From: Chrysomallon squamiferum
Taxonomy: Eukaryota > Animalia > Mollusca
DNA length: 64,000 nt
NCBI GenBank assembly: GCA_012295275.1
Contig: CM022675.1
Span: forward strand, 5,952,001 to 6,016,000
Direction of reading: 5' to 3'
In this document: one piece after another, positions 26,461 through 42,900 of the stretch
How the letters are laid out: each line of letters begins with the position of its first letter
Position numbering within the stretch: position 1 is the first letter of the stretch
Position numbers and translations under genes: made by a program
The notes under the pieces: model-generated
What the model saw: the letters and a program-made list of their open reading frames with translations, nothing else
What the model was told of the DNA's origin: nothing
Databases searched by the model: none

Positions 26461-26874
26461 CTATATTTCTTAACTTGTTTACGAAATAATATACAAAATC
26501 TAATTTTCTGAGTGAACTAAAGTTTAAATTGTATTAATTCAATGTATTATATAACGTTACATCATATCATAAATCACGATCGATAGTATTAAAACTTCTT
26601 TTTCTTTCTGTTCAGTAGTGACAAATCGTTTTCTGTCAACAGTAAGCACATAAAACATTTTAATTTTAATGTTTTAATCGAAACATTTGTGCAAAGAAAC
26701 CGATGAGTACTTTGACATTGACAAACAAAACTTAAAACCGTCGGCCAGAATATTAATTTTTTGTTATTATTATTAATTTATTTGTTTTTATTTGGCATTA
26801 CTTTCTGACATGCATCAAAAAATTAATATACCTCCTAATTCTGCCTGCACAGACTCCACAACAATGGTACTCAT
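21323..26874 (-). CDS. MTX2: Metaxin-2 (mitochondrial outer-membrane SAM complex), 9 coding exons
   Basis: Exons 26874-26832, 26192-26145, 25398-25279, 24023-23947, 23158-23066, 22710-22672, 22440-22315, 22095-22019 and 21491-21323. They translate to [134 protein letters not shown], the hallmark metaxin-2 motifs. Confidence 0.95.
23162..23722. repeat. AAAT/AAAC microsatellite with higher-order repeat units in an MTX2 intron
   Basis: (aaat)n interspersed with repeated atgaataacagaataaccaaataaataagtatgt. Confidence 0.85.
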
Positions 26875-27350
26875 TTCTTGCTAAGTAAAGTTTGTGCACA
26901 TGCAATAAATAGAGGATTTATTTTTCGTTATTTCTCCATCGCCATACGTCGAAACTGAATCTCACAATTGATACGCTTTTAAAAACAGGTTAGTACCAGT
27001 GAATAACGATTGAATTTGGACATTTTCGAAATTAATTAAAAGTTAAATCTTTAGTAGTAAGAAATAAATCAACCAGCATTCATTATATTATAATATTTTA
27101 TATGGCAGTTTTAATATTTTTGTTAATATTGGTTATTATATGTTTTCCTAATATTTACGGAAATAAACGAATATCAACGAATTGTGTCAAAAATAGCCGA
27201 ATGTCAACGAAGAGTTAAAAATAGATTATTTTGCATCCTATTATTCCATTGGTGGTTTTTAATAGCACGTTCCAAACAGTTATAAATATAGAAGTAATAG
27301 TATTCTAACTTGGTAATCGAATTCACAGACACAGGTATCAATAGAAAGGT
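26875..27350. promoter_or_regulatory. Candidate bidirectional promoter between MTX2 and the RhoBTB gene
   Basis: Head-to-head genes: MTX2 ATG at 26874, a donor-like aag|gtaagc at ~27348 (probable non-coding first exon of RhoBTB) and an acceptor at 27589-27590. Confidence 0.45.
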
Positions 27351-27603
27351 AAGCCTAAGAGAGAAAAACTACTACTAATAACAATACTGCTGCTACTGTT
27401 GCTGCTACTACTGCTACTACTACTACTACAGTTAATAATAATATACAACAATTAAAAAAAATATATATATAATAATAATGGTTAAAGTTTATTTATTTAT
27501 TTATTTATTTATTATAGTAGTACTTTATTATTATTATTATTATTCATATTATTCATATTCATATTATTATTATTATTATTATTATTTCAGAAAACGCGGC
27601 AAC

Positions 27604-32310
<4,707 letters not shown>

Positions 32311-33536
32311 TCTACTTAATATACACATTAAGTTAGTAATGGTAACGTAATAAAGCATCCTGTCTTATCTGAACTGTTAGGATTTTGAAAATTGTCAGAG
32401 CACTGAGTGATAAACTGCATGAATGGGATTCAAGTCTAAACAGGAAACAGGCAATTTAGACGGCTAGTTTTGGCTATTATTATTATTATTATTATTAAAA
32501 AAAAAATTAAAAAAAAAAAAAAAAAAAAATAATAAAATAACAAACAACTTTTGTGCCTGAAGTAAAAACTGTTATATCACTCCATTTCGGCTTTGCGAAT
32601 CAAATGGAAGTTGTCAGATTTTCTAATTTCACATGAGCCGTGTCGAGATAGATCTTTTATAAACAGAGATAAAGAAAATTATGAAGGAGAATTCAAATTT
32701 CTCTGGAATATTAGAATTTTTTTTTAACTTATTCATTATTAAACAAGGATTTCAACAAAAATATTTTTGCATTATTTCTGATTATTTTAAATTATTTTAC
32801 ATTATTTCTAATGCATACTATTACCTATGTGTAGGATAATTATTGGTATAATAACTGTTGTAAATTACACTGTTAGTAGAATAAATACACGTCTCTCTGT
32901 ACATATGTATATATATAATTTTTTTTTCTAAATGTCAGAGTTATTATTTAAATGAGAATTGGCGTACACTTGAGGTTGAGCAGTGCGTGTGCGTGTGCGT
33001 GTAATTCAATATGTATGTAATAAAGTTTTATGTACCATATACAGAACTGTGTGTCACAGAAAAATAAAAACTGTTATGTAATTATGTAACTGCTTTCGTT
33101 GCTAGTTCGTGTGTACTACTGATAAAAATGTGTAATACAAAAACAGATCCATACATACGTACATACATGTGTTTGTATTTGCTGTAATAATGTGTCAAAT
33201 ACGATTGACGAAAATATTAAAGTGGCAGTTTAAAATAATTTAAGATTTCAACCCGGACTCCCATAGAACAGCATATAGCGTTTAATTTCATCAAAAATAT
33301 AATAATAATAATAATAATTAACTAAATAAAAATAAGAATAATAAATAATAAAAAAAAAATATATGTAAGTTTTTTCTTGTTTATTTTATTTATATATTTA
33401 ATATTTTTTACTAAGTGTTTTTTATTTTCATTCATTTATTTATTTTATATTTTTTGTTCTCAGTGGTTTTATTTCATTTTATTTCATGTTTACTTCGTTG
33501 TTTTTATTACTGTGAATGTTTTTAATTATTTGTTGT

Positions 33537-33630
<94 letters not shown>

Positions 33631-33790
33631 GTTGTTTTCTTCTTCTTCTCTATCTCAGTGATTTCGTTTCGATCATGTAATTCGACCAGATTGTGTCACA
33701 GTTACTGATCCCAGCAGTAGTAGTAATCAAACAAACAAGCAAGAAAACAAACAAATAAGTAAATAAATAAGTAGTTAAACAAACAAATAA

Positions 33791-33837
<47 letters not shown>

Positions 33838-34733
33838 ATACATTAATAAGTAAATAAATAAAATAGCTAATGTTGATAAAGTCTACACGTTGTTGTAATA
33901 GCCTGTAACAACTTGGAGAAAAAGTGACAATTTCTGAAAATAAATTTTCTAGTAGTTGATGAAAATTGTATTTGTTCAGAACATGAAATAGTTAATTTAT
34001 TACGTTTAGATGTAATTGTACATCTGGTATTCAGATTTAAATGGCCCGGTATAAATACAAAAAAAAAAATTATTTGTTCATTCAAATGCCAAAACATTAC
34101 GAAGTAAGAATTCACACACAATGGTGGTAAGTTTGACATTTAATTCCACAATGTTATTTCTTTGAAGGACCAAACTAAATATCATACGGTTTGATAATGA
34201 CTAAATTGTCGATATAATTTAGAGGTGAATGTAATTACGTCAGTAATATAACAGTGCACGATTTTCAAATCAACATAGTACGGGATTTGGTCGTGTGATT
34301 TAGAGGATACAATACAGGGTGAGGCATTTTAAGTAATTTTTTTCTCTGTTTAGTTTTGTCTGTGAGTTTTGAAATACATGCACAAGAACACTGTGTAGCA
34401 ATTATCTTTAGTTTTATTAATCAGAACATCTTTCTACATTTACTTTAACTTTCTTGGTTCTTTTTTTTTTTAATTATTATTGTTTTTCTGTTTTATTTTT
34501 ATTTTCATTTATTTCTTCACTTACTCGCTCAGTGTATCTTTCTCCCATCATCTCTTTTCTTCTTCTTTCTTTGTTTCAATGATGCAGTTCAATGAATCAG
34601 TTCGCATACACTAATCATTTTAGTTTCAGTTTTATTTTTCTGTTATTTGTTTAACAAATATTGTTCTGAAACTAACCACCTCCTACATTTTACCATAAAA
34701 CTGACTTAGCTACTTACTGCAAATATTATTATG

Positions 34734-34767
<34 letters not shown>

Positions 34768-35069
34768 GTTTTATTAATAGTAGCAGTAGTACCACTACCA
34801 TCATTACTATTATTAACAGTCGTAGTAGTAGCTATTATCATTATTACTAAATTACTCATTTTTATTGGTTTATTATTGTTATTATTACTATTATCATCAT
34901 CCCCATCACCATCTTCGTTTTACTATCTCTACAACTACAACTGTTATCATCATCATACTACTACTACTACTAATTATTATTATTATTATTGTTGTTATAT
35001 GATGGTAAACGTGGATTTTGTGAGAGATAAACTATGATTAACACGATAAAAGAAAGATCTGGATACGGC

Positions 35070-35110
<41 letters not shown>

Positions 35111-35290
35111 TTAATATAGTTATGTTTTGATCAGTGTAATTTCATTATCTAAAAATGAATGAATAAATAAATAAATAATTTTTTTGTTTTAATTTTTAAT
35201 TTTTATTTTTTTTATTAAACTCTTTTTAAGTTAGTAAGAACAATAATAATGAAAAATATCTTTTCAGTAACCCTCGTTCTCTTACTGACA

Positions 35291-35449
35291 ATGAATTCAC
35301 TGGCTGCCCTCGTTCTGGTATCGTTAGCAACGGTTACTATCGGCGTTGAGCGGACGCTTCTGGAATCACATGGTGACAGTATATGGGGAAAATGGGGTGA
35401 TCCAGAGTTTTGTCCCGATGGAAGTTTCGTTGTTGGTTTTATGATCAAG

Positions 35450-35511
<62 letters not shown>

Positions 35512-36274
35512 GTTGTTGTTGTTGTTGTTGTTGATGTTATTATTGTTGATTTGCTTTTTCTTTCGTTTTTAAGTTCAAGATTTTCGTTGTTCTTTCTCTT
35601 AATACATGTATATCCTCTTTTCTCCTTTTTCTGGTCTTAAAACAACGTGTTTCTTTTTCTTTTCTTGTGTGTGTGTATGCGCGCGCGCGCGTTTGTTTGT
35701 ATAGTTTTAAAGTAAACAACAACAAATATATAAAATACAATAAACTAAAATAAAACAGAAACATTAGTTTTAAAATATGAGTAATTATATATCAGTGTTT
35801 TTAACACAACGAAACATTTTTTCTTTCCAGCAAGAGGAGCCACAAAATGGAGACGACACCGCCACCAACGCCGTCCGTTTATTCTGCGACGACCACGAGC
35901 ATTCTTCGGTCATGTCATCAGAAGGTCAATGGGGAAGCTGGAATGCAGGAGGGAACTGCGCCAACAGCCGCAGGATCTGGGGATTCAGACTCCAATCTGA
36001 AGGCAACCAGCATTTCGGAGACGACACCGCTGTCAACGGTGTCGAGTTTATTTGCGGCGGCGGACAAACCATCGGCTACACCGGCAGATGGGGAGACTGG
36101 AAGTCGTGGAACTACTGTCCTGTTGGCCACGGCATTTGCGGCATCAGGACGAAGGTGGAAGGTCAAAAGGTACTGGGTTTCGAAACCGACAACGTTGCCC
36201 TGACTGATATAGAAGCTTACTGTTGTCCAATGGCGTGCACGTCGGGTGACTGTGCAATCAAAGCTAGTGATTAA
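35291..36274 (+). CDS. VMO1: Vitelline membrane outer layer protein 1 homolog (secreted beta-prism), 2 coding exons
   Basis: Exons 35291-35449 and 35831-36274. Signal peptide; WGKWGDPEFCPDGSFVVGFMIK|QEEPQNGDDTATNAVRLFC; EGQWGSW; GDDTAVNGVEFIC; WGDW..CPVGHGICGIRTKVEG..DNVALTDIEAYCC, the three VMO-I repeats. Confidence 0.93.
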
Positions 36275-37019
36275 ACCTTCATTTTGTTCCTAAAGTTAGT
36301 TTCTTCATACAAGCCAATCAGCTCCGACAACTTTTAGACTTTCAGTTCTTAACGAGACTAAGCCATTTACATTTCTGAATTTCTACGTTTGTCAAAAGTA
36401 ATTGTTTTCTTTTTTTTTTTTTTTTTTTGTTGTCGTTGTTGTTGCTTTTGTTTGTTTTGTTTGTTTTATTCCCTTATATCCATGAAAATCTAATTCTTGT
36501 AAAAAAAAAAAAAAAAACACAAAACGTCTAAGATTCAGATTTTTGCACGAGAAAGCCAATGAAATTATCTTTTCTAAAGTGATTGGATTTAGAAATTCAA
36601 AAGCCAATCAAGTTCTTTAAATATACCATAAGACAAATTTTAAATTGTAGGTAATCACTTTACATATGAAATTTTTTTTTTTTTTAATTTTTTTACCAAA
36701 TTTAGCAATCACAAAAAATGCAGTGTTAGAAATTTCACTTCACCATTAGATTGTGTAAGAAGCAATAAATAAGCCTAACTTTACGTTTTTGACTTGTTAC
36801 CTGTTTCTACATTACTGCTCTTATAGTTGTTGTAATTTTTTTTCTTATTTTTGTCATTGTCATCATCATCCTATTTATTTGTTTCATTATTATTATTATT
36901 ATTTCTTCAGTTATAAATTATATTCATTTATTTATTTACACTGTAAAACGTGTTCTGTTCAGCTGATTGATTTTCCTCAACTAATTATTATAGCTTTCAG
37001 AGTTTCATGGAACAGACTT

Positions 37020-37057
<38 letters not shown>

Positions 37058-37199
37058 CAACAACAACAACAACAACAACAACGAAAAAACAAAAACAATA
37101 TAATATAATATAATAAACATAAAATAAGTAAATAAATAAATAAATAAAATTACAAACAAAACTCAATTATTTTATATATATACGGAAATGTAAGCCACG

Positions 37200-38130
37200 T
37201 GTACAAACATCTCTTTCGGAGACTCTCCATATTATATTTTAAAATTCTTAAGCCTTCGAAATCCGAGACGATAACCGGTATCTAGATAAGTCTAAATCCT
37301 GCCAAGTTAGTACAAATCGTTGAGAAAGAATTAAAATGTTCGTAACAACTTCACACTAGCCTTCAAACAACTTCGAATTGTAAAGATATCGACTTTTAGA
37401 TAATTGTAATAGAGTTATTAGTATAAATAAAATTAAACGTTTATTTAATCATATTATATTTATTAAACTACTTTTGATCTTGACATGAATGCCAGTAAAT
37501 AAATAAATATTATTCACGCGTAATGAATTTAATCGGGTGAAACCGCGAACAATTCGTAATCTCGAGGAGTCACGCGCGATTTTGAATCACGCGATTGAAA
37601 TGGTGGTTTTGTGTTGTTGCAGCGGAAATTAAATTGTTAGTTAATTGCTTCTGTTTCGGAGATAAAGGTATACTTACTTTATTTCTTCATATTCAGTCTG
37701 ATTTTTTTAAAAAATAATATGTCACTGTATTTACATGTCATATTAATTATAGGTCACGATGGCGTGGTTTGTCACTCTCAGACTGAGTCGGCTGACAATG
37801 GAGTCTGTGGTTTAAACAATAGTTTTTACTTTTGCAAAAAAAAAATGTTTACCATTTATATATTTAAAACATAAAATTTAAACATGTACTTAATCATTAC
37901 TTCTAATTATTTAAATATAACGTGTATTTAACAGATACAAATAATAATAATAATAAAAATAAAAATAGAAATAAATAAAATCCAGTCGATAGGCACTTCT
38001 TTGTTTACAAAATTACGAATGAGACTAACACAGTTATCTCCCCGTGTCATTGATGGCTGCTTTACTAGCCATCGAGGTGTGATCGGAAAGTTTTCTTTAG
38101 CTCATTTATTTTAGATTAAAAACAAACAAA
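37200..38130 (+). repeat. Non-coding block that recurs at ~53280-53880, ~54240-55050 and ~55640-56450
   Basis: Shared anchors ccttcgaaatccgagacg, caacttcgaattgtaaag, gaatgccagtaaat, ctcgagga.tcac, tttgtttacaaaatta and tagctcatttattttagattaaaaa. Confidence 0.8.
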
Positions 38131-38407
38131 CAAACAACAAACAAACAAAAAACCCAACAAAACAACCTACAAAATGGGAAAAAAGTTCCGAACGTTCCAG
38201 CATTTCTAACGATCTAAAGAGATTATTTGATGGGGTTTACAAAGAAAAGACGGGCGTTATATTTTTTTGGGGGTGGGGAATACAAAGAAAGAAAATTTAA
38301 AATTATTGTGTGTGTGTTTTTGTGTTCAAACACCCCATTCAGAGCCTCCTGTATACATTACACATGACATGGACACTACAAACAATCATTTAAGTATAAT
38401 TTACCTT

Positions 38408-38481
38408 TTGCTGGATTTGAACCACCAACCTCCAGCTTGGGTTTTGCACTGATTGTACCAACCACTTAGCCGTCTGGGCTA
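38408..38481 (-). mobile_element. tRNA-derived SINE head (Pol III A and B boxes)
   Basis: Minus strand TAGCCCAGACGG (A box, 38481-38470) and GGTTCAAATCC (B box, 38423-38413); no complete cloverleaf apparent. Confidence 0.65.
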
Positions 38482-38524
38482 CAAACTGAGTGAGGGACTC
38501 AGACAATAAGAATATAAGAAGACC

Positions 38525-38690
38525 TTAACTGTAGCCCTGACCCTAACCCTAATTCTAGAACTGACCCAAACCCTAACAATAAAAACAACCCTGACACTGA
38601 CCCTAACCCTAATCCTAATCCCAAAACTGACCCTAATCCTAATCCAAAGCTTGACCAAAACCCTAAAACTGACCCTATCCCTAAAAGTAG
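38525..38690. repeat. Degenerate telomere-like (CCCTAA/CCCTGA) tract
   Basis: ccctgaccctaaccctaa-type 6-mers with many variants. Confidence 0.75.
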
Positions 38691-39447
38691 AACTGAATTT
38701 TATACTGACAGCTCCTACAACTTGATTGAAAAAGTGTAAAATGCCAGGTGCCAAAAATACAAACAAAAAAACGATTTTGATCTCCACTTGGTAGAATATA
38801 CAATCAATATGTTTTGACAACTTTTGAATCTAATATTTGAAAAAATAATATACATTAAAATAGGTACTGGCAAGCAAATTTTTTCTTGCTTTAATTTCAC
38901 ATATACAAAAAAAAAAAATGAAAACACACAAAATATTATTACTCTATCTCCAGCAGTTAAGAAGATACATGCAAATCAGTATGACAGGTATTTGGTTGTT
39001 TTTCAGCCCTATTTTGGCTAATTAGCAGAAAGGGCTACTTTGGCCAACTGTAGATTGAAAAGTAATTGACACAAAAGGCTGAAAATCAAACCTGTATGTT
39101 TGTACATGTGTTCACAATAACATGCTAAACATGCCAAAATCTTCAAAATGACACACGGCAGAATGAGTAAAAAATAGACACTGTGGTTTCAGTTTTTGTC
39201 TTATTTGACAAATTCAACCTGTGTTGTGAACAATTTATCCTGATCTTAAAGCTAACATTTGTAATAAAATTTGTAATAAAATAACATTTATGGTTTTCTA
39301 CCAAACCCATAAAAAAAACCTACCTTTTCAATTTATATAGAACAACACAACTTTATTTACATAAGCAGCTTCAATTTTCACTCTGTTAAATAATAGGTAG
39401 TAATAAGTTAAGATACTGAGATGTGTATATATCATATATATATAAAT

Positions 39448-39915
39448 GTTACTTAAAAGGTCTACAAGCATTTGATGTTTAACCATAATCCTTTGCAATA
39501 CATAAACTCAGCTAATCCTTGGAGTCAACTCCAGAAAGGTGTTGCTGGTATTAATCAGGGACAATAAAATGTATGTAATCATGAGACTAGAGGCAATTAA
39601 AGACACAGGTGTTGTAAGCCTGTCATTTGAAGCAAACATAAAATAATTTTCTTAGCTTTGTACTTGCTGTGATTTGACAGCAAACCTATCATTTGACAAT
39701 TGTTGAAATTTTCTCTGATAGAGCTTATCAACAAGCAAAAATAATGTTTTAAAACTGATCAATTTATGATTTTATATTTTTAAAAAAGTGATTAAATTTT
39801 TATTCAGCATTCCATCAATACCTCTGACTACATTGTTCTATTATGTTGTATAGTTTGTTATGGTTACGATTCTTAATTCGATGTTTATCTGAAAGCAAAA
39901 TAATCGACGGTTTTA
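39448..39915 (+). repeat. Dispersed repeat, copy 2 (see 10160-10612)
   Basis: Colinear match to 10160-10612. It sits within an insertion that interrupts the intron motif ctaacatttgta.taaaactga, which is seen intact at ~60250, ~60960 and ~63677. Confidence 0.9.
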
Positions 39916-39996
39916 ATTTAAAACTTGTAATTTAAAAAAAAAAAATTATTGTTATTTTGTTGCTTATAAACATAAAACTGATATTTTACAGTTCAG

Positions 39997-42900
39997 CCAA
40001 TATGGATGAAGAAAAAAGGTTTCAGAAATTAGTTATAAAATCACAGCTGTATCTTTCTCTGAAAATACTACTTCTGTACATCATTTAGAAGCACTAGTGT
40101 CAGAAAGGACATCTTGTGAAGGTAATTAGTACAGTATTTCTGTACAATGTAGTTAACAACATTTTTTATTTGTGTCTTTAAAGTGTGTGCTAACAATTAT
40201 AAGGTTATATTTGGAGGAAATAAAAATTAAACTATATAAATAGTTTGGTTTGTACACATTCACTTTTCTGATTGATATTGATAATAAATTAACAATTTAA
40301 AGAGTTTTAGTTCCTGTTTGACACATGAACACTGTAAAAGAAAAACCCATATTAATTACTGTTTAATTGCATTCATGACCATTGCAATTATTCTTTTATT
40401 TACTTTATTTTAATACTGTAAAGTAATACTTATTTCTTAGCACCTACATCAGTTAACAATAATAAAAACATATTTTTAAATATATTTAGTAGTAACAGAT
40501 TTTATTAATACAGTATACTACTGCTGTTCTATGTATAGATAGTTTTGTTTCAGAAATTCTGCTTGTAAGTTATGAATTTAAGTAATTTCATTTACTATTT
40601 CACAGATCCTTCAGGAATACAATTTGTGGTAGAACAAACTTCACAAAGTATAAACTTCAACACAGTTCAGTTACAACGTATCTGATGGCAAGAATATTGT
40701 GTTAGGCAACTGAGTTGTTAAAACCAGTAAGTTAAAAACTGAAAGTTTTCTTTTCTTTGTATATTTGGTAGATAACAGAACTACACAGCCCAGTTATCAT
40801 TAGTACTTTTCTATCAGTCACAGTGATCTGAACAACACACATGCATACTCACACACAGGTTTATGATTTATGAACTGTACTGTGTACACATACATTTTCA
40901 TAGAAAACTAAACAGCTGTTATATACATTTTTAATTAAATCCAGGGCATAAACATATGAATACATAATTACATACATAAATACATACTAACAAGGACACA
41001 CATCTTTCACTACTTACAGGTTATTAAAACATTTGAAAATCATTCATTATATTTCAAATGGTGTGTGTGTCTCGGTGCAGGTGTACAACTTTGCACAATC
41101 ACTGAACCACACACAGATAGTTAGACTGAACTAGATTATCATATTAATACAAATCTTTAATATAATTTAATATGATTTTAAAATTTCTACATACCAGTAA
41201 ATATTAAAATTCTATGTGAAGTATCATTATTGTCACTTGTAAACATCAAAATATTATACAAAGTATATAGATAAAAAACAATAGCAACAACAATTAGAAC
41301 AGACTCAATATAGTAAATAAATAAATAATAATATCAAGCAACAAGGGCAGTAGTTTGAAAATTGCAATAATTACAGTAAAATCAGTCAGAAAGTTTCCTC
41401 TTGTATCTCTAAACTGTACAGATCACTTTGCTAATAATTCTAGAGTACTTATCAGTAATAATTAATAGAAACTTACTGGGGTTTTTTTTTCACATTTTTT
41501 CAGCAAACACTGATGGAAGAACATCCAATATTAAAGGTAAACAGTTTTCCTTCTATAGTTTAGAAAAATGTTCATTAATAACAAGATAATTATCTAGTTG
41601 CTTTTAATTATATTGATGTTTTCATAAATTCTGATGAATCAATATTATGACAACAGACTATAGCATTATTTAAGAACTTCAAATGCAGATACCCAATATT
41701 TAAATAGCAAAACATTTTCAAAACAGTTTGTAATTGACGTTATTTTGTTAACATGTTCTGAGACAGTGTCTGTTCAATGAGTATTATAAACTTCAAAATT
41801 AGATTGCTGCTAAGAAATTATAATGTTAATGTTTATATACTTCAAACAAAAAAGTGTATAATAGATTTTAATATTTTTTAACAGAGTCTACCAGTGTTAA
41901 AATCAGTTGACTGGGGTGTCTATGTTGAAAGTAAAGCAGAGAAAAGAGGGCAACACTTTTGAAGAAGAACAGTGTTGTGATTGTAGTAGGATGTCCTGGT
42001 TCAGGAAAGACAACTCCAGCTTTGAGCATGATGAGGCAGATAGAAAAAGAAGAGAAAAGAGAATCTTACTTGTTGGCTCATCACACTGAATTCAATGACA
42101 TTGATCTAGTTACAGATAAAAAAAGCATAGTTCTCATTGGTGACATATTTTGTCAAACTAATTTCCCCACAGATTTTATGTAGTCATGGCAACTGAAAGT
42201 TTCAAAAATGTGGAGTCTTGTTCAGGATGGTTCTGTGAAATGTATTATTACCTTACAAAATCAAATATTTGCAAAAAGTACAACCACTTTGAAGGAATTT
42301 GATGTGTTTATCATCTGTTGTCCTTCATGATGAAAAGAAAAAAATTCTAAACAAATATCTCGAACAAAAGAATATTCAAATTGATCTAATTGACAAAGAC
42401 ACTGTCACTGCAAGCTCATGTGCAGATTGGGATTCCCTCAGGTATGTGTGTATTATGTTAATTCAAGTGATGCACAAAAAAGAGGAGTTGACTTTTTTAA
42501 GAAACCTGTAGAATATCTCAGAGAACAACTGGGAAATATGAAAAGTGATCAATCCTCACAGATCAATTATCTGGTTCTACTGCTGATCATGTTTCAGCAA
42601 GGCAGTCTCATTTGACTTGTTGAACCCATTTGAAAATGACACTGACATAGTGGAATTAGTAAGAGTGCTGGAGAGTGCCTGTTTGAGTTTAAAACACACT
42701 AGTATCTCACATATAAAGACAACAGCTGATGTAATGTGTGGTACCAATTTGAATTATTATGACAATAATTACACATTTATTCACCAGTCAAGTGTTTGAC
42801 TGTTTGTTACTGATGTTTTCATCAAAGTTTCCTAAGAAAGCAGCAGAGTTGCTAGAAGTGTGTCCTGTCACCATGTTGTTAGAATATGTTGTGACGCCTG

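Noticed and set aside
38408-38481. tRNA gene
   Set aside because: A and B boxes are present but no convincing acceptor or anticodon stems; treated as a SINE head.
38525-38690. True telomere or chromosome-fusion scar
   Set aside because: Short, highly degenerate and in one orientation only; such tracts are common inside invertebrate transposons.
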